From contig OZ024740.1 of assembly GCA_964016885.1 (NCBI GenBank), positions 215,016,001-215,080,000 of the forward strand: a stretch of DNA of 64,000 bases, in the 5' to 3' direction. Of this stretch, positions 50,837 through 63,249 are shown piece by piece. The translations under genes and the position numbers were made by a program. The DNA is from Eledone cirrhosa. Its lineage: Eukaryota. The notes under the pieces were generated by a model that did no database searches, was not told the DNA's origin, and saw only the letters and a program-made list of their open reading frames with translations. Position 1 is the stretch's first letter. The number at the start of each line of letters is the position of its first letter.

Positions 50837-51759
50837 TGAAAACCTACAACAGCTATCCACACATACATACACACAATACATAGATACATTCACAAGACAC
50901 ACACACAATTTGAAATGTACCTAGACAAACACACATGTAAAAATAAATGTGCCTACACAGACAAATAATTATGAAAAGCTCTCAGAGATCATCATCATCA
51001 CCATCTAATGTCCATTTTCCCTGCTATTAAGGGATATAATTGAGATTGTAAATATTTCATTATGGAAACATGAAGATGAAATTAAAAAAAAAGAATACTA
51101 CCGTTCCTTAAATACATCCAATACTGAAAAATAATTGAGATTCTAAGTACGCTTAGTCTTCACCTTTGATATTTCTCTTTGGCACACATTACAGTTAGCG
51201 TGCAGGCAATGCAAAACTTGCTTCAAAGGGAACACCATGCTTGAGTAATGTTGCTGGTGTGTCGTGTTATTTCAAAGATATTCACTACTCTCTCTATATA
51301 TAGTTATATTGAAAGAACAAAAATATCCTTTTGAGAGATGTAACTTATAATAAGCTTTTGAAATATCCTCTTCTGAATAGATGATGACTTTATTCTACAA
51401 AGTAGATGAAATTCTTCAAACAAAATTCCTATATACATTTTAATTTCTTTTAGTTAAGTTTTATGCTAACATGCTGAATATAGGAAGCAGAAGAGAATTT
51501 ATAATTAGTTGAAATTACAGACGTAATGAGAAATCATTAGCGCTAATAAAAGTTCTTGTGAAGAATTGGGGGGGGGGGGGGGGGGGGGCAAGGAAGAGAG
51601 ATTTTTTAATTTAAATATTTTATGTTTTACAGAAGTTAGTCAAATGGAAATTAAATATTTTCTCCTTAAGCAAAAAGATAAATAAGAATCAATCGATCGA
51701 TAATAGATTTCAGAAACCTTGCTTATATTCACAAGAGAAGATAGAATATAGCAAATATA

Positions 51760-52020
51760 AGACATATATTGAATCATATATAACACATATTGAAACCTAT
51801 ATAACACATAATGAAACACTGTACAAATACACATATATAACATATTGAAACATATATAACATAATGAAACATATATAACACATATGTATATAGGATATAT
51901 TGAAACAGTGTACAAATTTAATATATAAAACATTGAAACCGTACAAATTTACATATATAAAACATATTGAAACCGTACAAATTTAATATATAAAACATAT
52001 TGAAACTCTACAAATTTACA
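51760..52020. repeat. Degenerate AT-rich minisatellite
   Basis: Recurrent atataa(a)acatattgaaac(cgtacaaattt) units. Confidence 0.7.
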
Positions 52021-52694
52021 AATCATTAAAAAAAGTTTAATAGCAGCCATACAAGATGTTAGCAATTTTTAATTAGTAAGAAACCAATTAACTGTAATTT
52101 TTTAGCTTTCACTTGCCTCTCTGAATCTCATATATCATCCTCTAAAAAGAAGCCAGAAGTCACAGAAAAGTGATATTTCAATAAATCTAAAATTGAAATA
52201 TCACATTAAAATTTGTGATAAATTCACTTTCTGAAATGATTAATCAATTTTAATTAAATTTAATGCAATATTTATTTTACTCTTATCATTACATTTGTTT
52301 ATATTTTCTTTCTTTCAGCTACATATGCATATATTCAGCAACAAATTAACTCTGAGAGACTACGATGCCAGGTGCACAATTATCTGGATATGGATCTATA
52401 CATTTAAAACAATAATTTAATTTTGTTTTTAAAGATTAAGCTAGGGTTGATTGAATAATCCAGTTTTATAGCATATATGAATACAAATATAGGGAGCATA
52501 TAAAGGAAAGAAAAACTAAGTTTCTACCATAACTCTTCCCACCTGGTAATTAAAGGTATTTCCTTCCAAAAGATAGTTTCATTGAAAATAACCGAGTTAA
52601 AATACATATTCTACAGGCTTTCCATATATCTTCCAAAACAATTCAAAGAACTTTAATTATTGTAATTTAAATTCAACATGGTGAATTTTAAAAT

Positions 52695-52852
52695 ATTGAT
52701 TTCTAGATTAGGCAAAAACCCAGCAAATTTGGGGGAAGGGCAAAGTTGATTAAATCAACCCCAGTACTTGACTGGTACTTTATTTTATCAACACTGGAAG
52801 GATGAAATGCAAAGTTGACCTTCACAGGAACTCAGAATGTAAGAAGCCAGAA
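52695..52852 (-). mobile_element. SINE family A copy (long form, diverged)
   Basis: gactggtactttattttatcaacactggaaggatgaaatgcaaagttgacc, plus the long-form segment. Confidence 0.75.
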
Positions 52853-52958
52853 CATTTGGCAATGACATTTTATCTGAATTATGTTGTTTAGCCTCAGGTC
52901 AATCTTGATCAAGAAAACTTCTGATCAAAACTATTCCAGCCATGACTATCCTGTCTTT

Positions 52959-53580
52959 ATCATCATCATCAGTTTAACATCCGTTTTCCATGCTAGCATG
53001 GATTAGATGAGTTGTCCCATTGTGAAACAAGTCAGATTAGGTGACCTTATCTTGCTCATACAGAAATGGTTCTAGCTTGGTTTTTATGGCAGGATGCCCT
53101 TCCAAATGCCAACCATATTTACAGAGTGAACAGGGTGCTTTTTAACATGATACCTACAACACCACTTTACAGTGTGGCCTGGGATTTTTTTGTTGTGACA
53201 CCTACACCGGGCATGTAAAACTGAGGGTCCCCACATGGGTCGCATATGTGTTATCTGAAGGCCACACACAACTAATTGTGCACATTAAAACTAATTTTGT
53301 TTTATTCTATATTACAAAGATAAAACATGCTCATGCTGTAAAAACCTTTGTGCGGGCCGCAGGTGTACTTGTAAAGGGCCGCATGTTTGACATGCCTGAT
53401 CTACACAACCACATTTACAGAGTGGACAGGGTGCTTTTTGTCGTGACACCTACATAACCACTTTACAGCGTGGGTTGGGTGCTTTTTGTCATGACACCTA
53501 CACAACCACATTTACAGAGTGGACCGGGCGCTTTTTATTGTGACGCCTACATGACACTTTACACTGTGGACTGGATACTT
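52959..53580 (-). mobile_element. SINE-like family C copy with a tandemly repeated ~47-bp internal segment, interrupted by a hAT MITE
   Basis: Family C tail at 52959-53010; repeated gacacctacacaaccac(a)tttacagagtggactgggtgctttttg units. Confidence 0.78.
53208..53398. mobile_element. hAT (Charlie-like) MITE, 191 bp
   Basis: TIRs cgggcatgtaaaac / gtttgacatgcctg; 8-bp TSD acctacac / atctacac (7 of 8 match). Confidence 0.85.
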
Positions 53581-53994
53581 ATGTATATAAAACATTATTG
53601 TCTAAACTGCCTTTTTTTTTATTAAGAAGGTGGGGTGAGATTTGAGACTGATTTGACAGCTACTTTAGTAGGACAGGTAAAGGCTAACTTGTTGCTTTGT
53701 TGACAAATAACAGAATGTTTCTTGAAACATTTTACAGTGTAAAATCACCAGCCTTCTAATATTGTTGATTATTCTGCTGGGAGGCTGATTATTAAAACAA
53801 TGTAAACTGTGATTGACACAACTCATATAACAATGGTGCAAGGTTGCTGACTTACAATAATTGCTATACAGTCTATATTACAAATAAATGTATGGACTCA
53901 TATTCATATTATATTTAGCTTCACTGAAATTAGATCCTATGTTGTTTACATTTTAATAAATATCCTTCTATAAGAATATTTATAAAAATGAAAA

Positions 53995-54860
53995 CAACAT
54001 GAACTGAATTAATATATGCTGCTGGGCTGGATGTGGTATCAAGACTGGTGGGTGTTGGATCTGTCGGCTAGAATTTGCAGATGACATGTGGTTACTTAAC
54101 TTGTCAGAAGGTGATCTCTGACTTGCACTTGATAGGTTTAATGCCAATTGCTGCATTACTGGAATGAAAATCAGTGCTGCAAAGACCGAGACACTCGTCC
54201 TCTCAAGAAGGCCGGCATAGTGCACCCTGCATGTAAATTGAGTTCCACTGAAACAGGTAGAGAAGTTCAAGTATCTTGGAGCCATGTTCATTAGTGATGG
54301 AAAGCAGGAGGCCGAATTAAGTGCAAGAACTACAGGAGCTGATGAAGTAATGTGCCAGCTTCAGCATTCGGTAATCAAAAGAAGGGAAGTAGGAGTAAAA
54401 GACGAACTCGTTATCTTCAATTCAGTGTTCTTGCCAACCCTTACCTATGGTCATGAATCTTGGGTAATGACTGAAATAATATGATCGCAAATACAAGTGG
54501 CTGAAATAGGGTTCCTCTAATGGGTCTTTCGAGTAACATTACTTGATAGAGTGCGTAGCTCAGAGATCAGAGAGTCACTCCAGGTAGAGCTGCTACTTCT
54601 CTGAATTGATAGATCACAGCTCTGATATTATGGGCATGTGGTTAGAATGTCTCAGGAAAGAATCGCTGGACAGATTTTACGGGCAAGACCAACCAGCAGG
54701 TGACCCAGGGGTAGACCCCGAGCAAGATGGATGGATAACATCCATGAGCTCAGCCTGTCTCACTTGGGGATCCAGCTGGATCAGTTGGAGACGGTTGCTT
54801 CTGACAAGACCTGCTGGAAGGAGTGCTTGAAGTCTCTGTCCCCACGACCGTTTTAGGCAA
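53995..54860 (+). mobile_element. RTE-clade LINE family 1, longest copy: RT domain C-terminal half to 3' end, with stops
   Basis: LEFADD...GMKISAAKTETLVLSR...LKQVEKFKYLG...VFLPTLTYGHESWVMTE...GHVVRM; several in-frame stops. Confidence 0.9.
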
Positions 54861-54995
54861 AGAAAATGAAAGAAAAAAAAGATCCTTCTACAATTACCAC
54901 TTAGTATCTTAGAAAGGAGAAATAAGAAAATCTTGTAAAGATATTAAAAATAAAATAAAGAACCCATCAGTTCAAACCTCATTCCAAGCTACCTA

Positions 54996-55248
54996 CTCTA
55001 AGGTCTTGAATAATCGTCCCCCTCCACCACTGCTTATTAATTTTTCAGATTACCTTCCCCCCATTTATTCTAACATTAAAAAATCATTATATATGACAAA
55101 AAAAGAACATTACAAGAAATCCCATATTTACAAACTTACACCATACAATTACCAATTTCCCACCCCACCCTTTATATCACCACCCTCTCCTTCTTATAAG
55201 AATTTAAGCAAATGTTCAACCCACCCTCTATTATTTGGGACCCGAGAG
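54996..55248. mobile_element. TA-flanked MITE (Tc1/mariner-like)
   Basis: TA|ctctaaggtcttgaataat ... attatttgggacccgagag|TA: imperfect TIRs with a TA duplication. Confidence 0.65.
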
Positions 55249-56251
55249 TATCTTGGGAGCCTAATTTCATTATGATACTATATACATATTAACATAAATT
55301 CATATAATTAATGGTGTGCTCATGCATAGCAGAGAAGCTATAAAATATATTATGAAATAAGGTAAAGACCCTTAAAGATGGAAAAAGAAGTTGCCATTGG
55401 CTACTAAGAAGAAATGAACCCCACATCTCTCTGATCCATTTATTCAGAACCCACATTGTATAGGCACTCTAGTAATATGAGAGTAGGCTGACTATGAAGG
55501 AGTGATGCTAGAGCTGTGAAATCTTGCATGCATTAATTTAAACTTTTCTTACTAATAACTACACTGCTTCTTTCTAAGCACTATGTTGAAAAATAAACCT
55601 CATTTGATCATTCCATGAGAGTATCTTGGTCAGCTTATGAAATTTTCAGCCGGCCCACATATAGGTGGTTATATTCAAAATATTTGATATCTATTCATTG
55701 ATCCAGAGTTTGAATAGATATGGTAGATGCCTCCAAGGTAATTTCAGGTAAAGTTGAAATTAAAGGCAATGATATGTTGAAATAATGTCAGTTATTATGA
55801 AGAGGTGATTGAATGAAATGATTTCAGAAGTGACGTAACAAGTTGATAATGAGCAAACATTCTCACAGGATCAATATAAACTGAAATGGAATTACCAGGA
55901 GATAAAGTTGGAGTCAACTAAAATGACTGAACAATAGATTTTAGGAATATTGGGAAACTATAAATTCAAAATGCAAATCTAATATGCAGAGCAGAGTATG
56001 AAAAGTCAACATTTACAAGCCGTTGCCTGTCATTCATAAAAGCTATAAAAGAAAAAAATAAAGATTTTAATAAACAGAAACTTCAATAGCATTTCTGCTA
56101 CTCAATATATTTACATGTATGCATATATCAGCTAGTAGAATAGTCAGTGAAATAGAACCGATATACAATGTAGAAAACTTGAAGTCTTGGAAATCAATGT
56201 CTCTAGTACTAATGTACACCTGGTCTATTCCTTCTCTGCAGTTTTAACTAT

Positions 56252-56520
56252 GGTGGAGGCAGACACAGGGTCTAGTGGTAAGTGTGTTGGACTTACGATA
56301 ATAATGTCATGGGTTTGATTCCTGGACTGGGTTGTGTGTTGTGTTCTTGAGCAAAACACTTCATTTTATGTGCTCCAGCATACTCAGCTGAAAATCAATA
56401 CCAACAATAGCTATAGGAGTTAACCCTGCGATGGACTTGCCCTGGGGAGAGTCACTTAATGCCATGAAAACCAGGATAAGCACCAGCCTGATGAGTCTCT
56501 GTCCTCGAGACATACCTTTT
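56252..56520 (+). mobile_element. SINE family B1 copy
   Basis: Aligns to 15228-15510; contains taaccctgcgatggact. Confidence 0.8.
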
Positions 56521-56674
56521 AGAGTTTTCACTATGGAAAGGGGAAACTTCCTAACATGGAAGAACAACCTTTTATGGCTGTGATTAATGTGATAAGTATA
56601 TTTAATTTATTCTATCTGAAAAATTCAGTTCATTAAAAGAATAATAATGAGAATTCATAGGATAGTGCTCAGTC

Positions 56675-56995
56675 TACACTTTAGTGGTCAGTCTACACTT
56701 TAAAGTGATCGTTTTGGTGCCACGATAAAAAGCAGCCATTCCACACTGTAAAGTGGTTGTTTTAGTGCCATGATAAAAAATTCCCAGTCCACACTGTAAA
56801 GTGGTCATGTAGGTGTCACGATAAACAGCACCCAGTACACATTGTAAAGTGGTTGGCATTAGGAAGGGCATCCAGCTGTAGAAATTAAGCCTGAAACAGT
56901 TCTGTATAAGCAAGACATGATCACCTGACCTGACCAGCTTCAAATAGAACAACTTGTCTAACCCATGCTAATGTGGAAAATGGATGTTAAACGGT
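56675..56995 (+). mobile_element. SINE-like family C copy
   Basis: Repeated cccagtccacactgtaaagtggt segments, ggcattaggaagggcatccagctgtagaaa, tail ggaaaatggatgttaaacg. Confidence 0.78.
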
Positions 56996-57054
56996 GCCTA
57001 GTCTAGGTATCCCAAACCTAAGGAAGCAATAGATCTAATTCTTATATTCATATA

Positions 57055-57480
57055 TCATCATCATCAGTGTTATGCCTTCTTTTCAATGACTGCATGGCTG
57101 GTACAAGTTTTCTCCAGCACAGCTTCCCTCCACATGCCACCAGTGAGACTCACCATCCTGAGATCAGCTCTCACCACTTCTGTCCAAATCTTCTTCAGTA
57201 TTCCCTTCTTCCCTGTCTGTCTTCTATGTGTAGTTCTTGGCACTCCTACGCCCAAAAAGAATGATCCATAATGCATCAAATATCTATAATGTGCAATCAT
57301 TTCTCTTGTCTGATTCCTCTTACGCCCAGTTTTTCCTCAAACTCATCAGTACTTCATCGTTCATGTGCACTAACATTACACTCCCAGCAGTGCATACTCA
57401 CTTAATTTCTTTTTAACCTTCACACATCCTCTCTATACAATATCCATCTCTCACTACCATGCAGCATAGCACTTTATGTA
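57055..57480 (-). mobile_element. RTE-clade LINE family 2, 3' fragment
   Basis: KKIWTEVVRADLRMVSLT...WREAVLEKTC, homologous to 24400-24778; (CAT)n at 57055. Confidence 0.75.
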
Positions 57481-58049
57481 TGTACCACAATATATTCACA
57501 TGCAGCTTTGCTGTTCAATTATATGTACTACCACTTTTGACTTGAAGTTGGCAGCATCATAGGTATATTTACTTCTAGTTTGCCATGGTATTTTTTGCTT
57601 GAAAGCTTTCCCATATAATGGTTTTATAAGAGAAATGTAAAATGTTAAAACCACATCACAAGATTGCTGTCACTATACAATATGACACAAATGCACAAAC
57701 AACTGCTGTAATGATTTTGCTATTAATGATAGTAAACTTTCAAGAAACCAAACAATAATAAAATTTATTTAATGGGAAAATTAATGCAAAAGCCTTCTAT
57801 TCAATTTGGCTGTACTTTCTGTGAGCATCATTTTAACTAAAACTAACAAAATGATTGAACATAATTCATTGTTTATTTTATGTGATAATATGGCATGCCT
57901 AACCAGAGATATGACAACAGATATTATCATCATTATTTTAAAGTCAGCTTTCCCTGCTAACAAGGGTTGGATGGGTCTACATAGACCAAATCAGTACTGA
58001 AGTGGGGCTACTGATCTCCCAGACAAGCCACTATCCACTAATAAAGAAA

Positions 58050-58125
58050 AAAATTTTAAAAAAATTTAAAAAAATTTAAAAAAATTTAAAAAAATTTAAA
58101 AAAATTTAAAAAAATTTAAAAAAAG
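58050..58125. repeat. 10-bp A/T-tract repeat (AAAAAAATTT)n
   Basis: Exact 10-bp period, about 7 copies. Confidence 0.95.
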
Positions 58126-58392
58126 AAAAAAAAAGAAAAGCATTATTTTCTTTTTTGGCAAGGTTTCTACAGCTGGATGCCCTTCCTACCAGCAACATCT
58201 TATAAGAACTCAGGATCTTTGATGGCAGTATCAGGTGAAAGGAAAATATGATAAGTAAGTAGTAGAATCCCTCACATGCCGGCTGCCTGACAATGATTGA
58301 TGCATCCAGCAAACCTGCCAAAGACCACACATATGCATGAATATATGCAGCTCCACTCAGCAGACATTTCTCTTCCTAATATTATTATTTCT

Positions 58393-58468
58393 TATGGGGT
58401 CGATAAAATAAAGTACCAGTAATGCACTGGATAATTGCTGGCCTTGTGCCTAAATTAGAAACAATTAT
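58393..58468 (+). mobile_element. SINE family A 3' fragment
   Basis: ttatggggtcgataaaataaagtaccagtaatgcactggataattgctggccttgtgcc. Confidence 0.8.
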
Positions 58469-58984
58469 TTCTCATGGAAGAAATGAAGTGGGATTTTTTT
58501 TTTTCTTTTTTTGACAGATCTCGTATCATGATCATTTAATTTCTATTTTTCTGCTAGCAAGGGTTGGACAGGTTGTCACAGATCAAGTTAGTACATAATC
58601 AAAACCATTGACCTCTCATCTTGCTAACATAGATTCCTGCACATTACAAACTGTACCATGTATTTCATCATAGCACCAGCACTAGGGAGGTCATCATGTC
58701 TTTGACACAACTGAAGAGTCCTCTTTACCCTTTCATTGGCAAATTTTTTTAAGGCTGGATGCCTTACCTATCACTAACCACTTTACAGAGTGTACTGGGT
58801 GCATTTTATTAATGCTCTTCTTATCACCAAACACCATACAGAGTCTACTGGATGCATTTTTCATGGCACCAACACTAAAGAGGCTGTCATGTCATGACTG
58901 AAGTAATCTCTGAACCCTTTTTCTATTGCTGGGAGCCCCACCTAACACCAATCACCCCACTGAGTGTACTGAATGTACTCTATG

Positions 58985-60075
58985 GCTGTCGGCCATTGAC
59001 TCAACTTATGTGCAAGCACATACCACTACTTCAAGTTTTCCCAGGTCTTCTGCAGTCAAGGCCCATGCCAACAGAGAGAGTACTATCTCCATAAATCTCC
59101 CCCAGCTCCCACATTTTCACTCCATTCTGCCAGCCCCATTGCCAATTACATTATCCAAGCAATAATATCTGTCGACAAACTCAAAGAAGCCTCATGGTCA
59201 ATTGAGGAAATTAATTTCATGCAGGCTCCTAGTGCTTACTTCTCCAGTGCATCCCCCTCACACAAAGTCTATTCTCTCTGTCAACCTGCTGGCGATCCCA
59301 CTATATCTGTGATGCATCCATAGATTGTACTGTAAGCTCAGGTGGATTGGGGGCGGTGGATTGGCAGTATTGGTAGAAGGTCGGACACCATGCTTTGCAT
59401 TAAAGAGTTACGGCCCTTTATGGTCTGAGTTCAAATCCCGCCGAGGTTAACTTTGCCTTTCATCCTTACGGGGGGGGGGGGGGGGTCGATAAAATAAAGT
59501 ACCAGTAATACACTGGGATAATTGCTGGCCTTGTGCCAAAAGTAGAAACAATTATAAAGCATCTGTCCACCCCTCACTGACATATCAAACAAGGCCACTT
59601 CCCTGATGGAATTAGCTTCCTTTCTTCCTTTCCAACTATCATGAGCTTAGTTTCCCCAAGCTTACTTTCAGCTCTTCAAGCTTGTTCTGATCCTGGCTAT
59701 CACACTTTCAGTGCATCCTTCCCTACTGCTAATTTGATCGCTTCAGTAACAAAAGATATCAACAACTTATAAGAAGTATCCATGGCAACTGAAGGAATTT
59801 ACTTCATGTGTGTTCTTAGTACTTACTTCTCCAGTGCATCTGCCACATACAATGTCTATAGTTTCCGTTAATCTGCATAGGACCCTGTCTAAACCCTTCT
59901 CCATAACTACAAAGGCCAGATAGAGTGGCTTGCTCTTAGCTCAGTGCTTTTCCTGTGGTTGTCTCACCAGAAAGAGGGCATTGGTAGTACCCCTGTCTGG
60001 CATAAATCCAAACTGCATCTCACCTATTTAGTTGTTCTATAACCCTTTCAGCAACTTTCATGGCCAGGTCTGTCC
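58985..60075 (-). mobile_element. Heavily decayed RTE-type LINE internal fragments, interrupted by a SINE
   Basis: Minus-strand remnants EMQFGFMPDRG (~59990-60020), GKWPCLICQ*GV (~59565-59605) and a W.H.R.SG-like segment (~59295-59325). Confidence 0.55.
59341..59555 (+). mobile_element. SINE family A copy, full length, little diverged, with poly-G expansion
   Basis: ggcggtggattggcagtattggtagaagg...gagttcaaatcccgccgaggttaac...; CpGs retained. Confidence 0.9.
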
Positions 60076-60114
60076 TAATAAGTATTTAAATAGTAATTTA
60101 TGACTAAAAGTCTA

Positions 60115-60320
60115 AAGTCTGTCACAAGCCTTGAGGCTCATCATCAGGCTGGTGCTTATCCCAGTTTCCATGCTGGTACTCATTGTCAGTTGAGTATACT
60201 GAAGCAATGTGAAATGAAGTGTTTCATTTAAGAACACATCACACAACCCAGACCAGGAATCAAATCCACAACATTATGATCGTAAATCCACACCCTTACC
60301 ACTAAGCCACGTACCTCCGC
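60115..60320 (-). mobile_element. SINE family B1 copy (internally deleted)
   Basis: Minus-strand head ggaggtacgtggcttagtggtaagggtgtgg and tail ggataagcaccagcctgatgatgagcctc. Confidence 0.75.
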
Positions 60321-60331
60321 AATGTATGACT

Positions 60332-60530
60332 TTGGCAGTATCAGTAGAATGTCAGACACCATGCTGTGCATCCCTTTACGTTTTGAGTTCAAATCCCACC
60401 AAGGTTAGCTTTGCTTTTCATCTTTACGGAGTTGATAAAATAAAGTACCAGTAATGCACTGGATTCGATTTAATCGACTTGCCCCTCCCCACAAATTGCT
60501 GGCCTTGTTTCTAAAGTAGAAATCATTATA
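60332..60530 (+). mobile_element. SINE family A copy (long form)
   Basis: Core plus gattcgatttaatcgacttgcccctccccacaaa. Confidence 0.85.
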
Positions 60531-61091
60531 ACAGACTGTCATTTCTGATCAGTTCCTTACAATATTAAAATAATTTTCAATAGTTTATGATTCTACTAGA
60601 ATAAAAACAGACACTTGCCCAGGAAAGTCTATTACTACTCACCTATTGCTTGACTACACTTGCTGTCAATATACCTCTTTTTATCTATATGTTTGTCATT
60701 ATGTCAAAGATGGAGATGATTTTATTATGGCAGAGATGGAGGAATCAAAAGTGTAGCTTTATTATGAGACTGTACCAAATTAATCCAAATTAATTCCATT
60801 AATTCAAAATTTGAATGTTTTCTCCTTCACATCTTCATGCCAAATGTTGAAATATCATGTCACTTGTAAATGAAAATAAAAATAGAAGTGTCTGCGTATT
60901 CCACTACTCTCAGTGGAAGAGGAAAGACAAGTTTAAAGAAGAGTTCTTCATTTGAATTTTCAAAATCAAAAATGATTTTGTTCCAAATATTCTCTTTGCT
61001 ATAGTTGAAGCAAGATGTCCTAAAATCACTGTAGTTCTTCACTGGAAAAGTTTTATGAGAAATATTTTGACAAACAGCTCAAATATATGGA

Positions 61092-61200
61092 TATCATCAT
61101 CACATTTAATGTCCATTTTTCAATGCTAGCATGGGTTAGACAGGTTGTTCCGTTTGAGGCAAGTTAGGTCAGGTGACCATGTCTTGCTCACACAGAACTG
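61092..61200 (-). mobile_element. SINE-like family C 3' fragment
   Basis: tttaatgtccatttttcaatgctagcatgggttagacagg...gaccatgtcttgctcacacagaactg. Confidence 0.7.
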
Positions 61201-61855
61201 CGATAGATGGATGGAAATGTTACAAAAGACTAGAGAATATTCTCAAAGTAGGGATGCATAATAAATAAGTTCCAAACAGTGTAAGGTGTTTCCACAAATA
61301 AAATTTGAGGTAGTTGAGGTACATTTATATTAAGTCCAGCTTCTGCCTGCTACGGGAACTCTGTAACCTAATACAACCTACATCATGGTTGAGTGGTCAG
61401 TGAGTAAACCGGTTCCACTAAAAGACCCTGGTCTGGTGAGGAGGCTAAGTGGAACACCAGCAGCATAAAAAAATTAAAACCTGTTAAAAGGGTAGATGAA
61501 CTCCACAAAGTCAATGGCCATCTACCCCAGCCATGAGGTAGATGGCCATTCTCCTTCACATCTTCATGCCAAATGTTGAAATATCAACTCACAATTGGCC
61601 AGGCGTGGTAAGTATGGCTACACCGATGAAGACATGACCAAAATCAAATGCGGTGGAGATCAACCAGGGAGGGGTTCCTCCTACAGGAGTAAGAAGGCTC
61701 ATGATTGGATTGGAGTTGGGGTAAAGTTCACAAGAGGTTCGGACAATCTAATAAATAAGAAACTGCAATTGAGGCTTGTAGAATATATTCAGGAAGAAAT
61801 ATAAAACAAATCATTTAAAATGTTATTAAAATATACATATCATACATATATATAT

Positions 61856-62055
61856 ATCATCATCATCATCATTTTACGCCCGCTTTTCACTGCTTGCAAG
61901 GGTGGGACGGGAACTGATTCTGGCTTGATTTCTACAGCTGGATGCCCTTCCTAACACCAACCTCATTTACAGTGAGTGCTGGGTGCTTTTTTTTCCGTGG
62001 TGCCTATACATCCACTTTATAGAGTGGGCTGGGTGCTTTTTTTGCCGTGGCAAAA
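61856..62055 (-). mobile_element. SINE-like family C copy
   Basis: (CAT)n tail, tttctacagctggatgcccttcctaacaccaacc. Confidence 0.72.
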
Positions 62056-62182
62056 TATATATATATATATATATTTGCAGTGGAACGATAGGGACCCCAG
62101 TCCTACCATCTCATTTCTACAGCTGAGTAAACAGGAGCAATGTGAAATAAAGTGTCTTGCTCAAGACACAACATATATATAT

Positions 62183-62480
62183 AAGAAAAGAAATTGAAAA
62201 TGCAGCTGGAGTCTTTTAAGAATATATATATTTATTTACTTTACCAGTTTCACAGTTCTTATGCTTTTCAAAAGTAAAATTGAGATGGTGGGTTTGTGTT
62301 TCTGTTGTGGTTTGTCTCACAGATGTGAGACAAACCACAGAGACAAAGTAAATAAATAAATATCCTTAAAAGACTCCAGTTGCATTTTCAGTTTCTTTTC
62401 CTTATACTTTCACCCATGTAGGACATCTTGTTTTTTTCTTTTTGTTTTTTTTTTAAAACCTCATTTCCTTAAAATGTATA
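62183..62480. mobile_element. Non-coding inverted (fold-back) derivative of the Penelope 3' terminus, flanked by (TA)n
   Basis: 62190-62298 matches 3875-3980; 62345-62475 is the reverse complement of ~3797-3915. Central 16-bp-arm palindrome at 62306-62339; U3-A8 hammerhead-like motif at 62235-62278 (-). Confidence 0.8.
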
Positions 62481-62611
62481 CATATATATATATATATACA
62501 CACACACACGTGTGTGAAAAAGGTAAACAGAAATAACAAAAATAACAAAACAAATGATACAGTACATGGAAGAAATATGTTAGTTTAACACTTGAAATAG
62601 CAGGAAGAGAG

Positions 62612-62647
62612 TTTTAACGTTTCAGACACTAGTCCTTCATCAGAAGA
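62612..62647 (-). ncRNA. Minimal hammerhead ribozyme motif, second copy, in a dispersed repeat (~62512-62795)
   Basis: Minus strand tctt-CTGATGA-a-GGAC tagt GTCT-GAAA-CGT-T-aaaa; the ~100 nt downstream match 3215-3300. Confidence 0.7.
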
Positions 62648-62796
62648 TAGAGTTAGAAAGATAAATAGAGTTAGAAGATAAATAGAAAGTAAAGTGCGAT
62701 GAGAGGAAGCAACGAGGAAAATAAGAAAAAAATTGGGGAGAAAAAACAACACATGTATGTAACCAGTCGGCCATCTTGGAAATATATATAAAACAT

Positions 62797-62873
<77 letters not shown>

Positions 62874-63249
62874 CTGTGAAAAATACTTTCACTCTCCTAT
62901 TTTTTTCATCTCTTGTATTTTACAATTTTTACTGTTTTATCTTTTCACACCATTTTTTTCTTTTTCTTTATTTCACATACTTAGATGATGTTGTTTTCCT
63001 GTTTAAATATTTCTATAATTTATTGGGTGTGTGTATGTGTGTGTATGTCTGTATGTGTGTGTGTGCGTGTGTGTGCCTGTGTGTGTGCATGTCTGTGTTT
63101 ATGTGTATAAATGTTTCAATATTTTGGTCTTGTTTACAAACACTCTATTGCTTCAAAGACATGTCATAGAGCTGTCAAATGTTCATACCTTCCTTAAAAG
63201 GTAGGGGAGACAACCAAGTGAAGGGGTTCTAGAAATGACAGACCAATAA

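Noticed and set aside
51102-51123. Possible 22-nt micro-exon (LDVFKER) on the minus strand
   Set aside because: The donor is poor (GTagta) and there is no recognisable homology.
61340-61750. 69-aa ORF at 61595-61804, or a LINE 5' UTR with an HDV-like ribozyme
   Set aside because: The region is GC-richer than its flanks and may be a repeat, but I could not recognise a protein motif or fold a nested double pseudoknot by eye.
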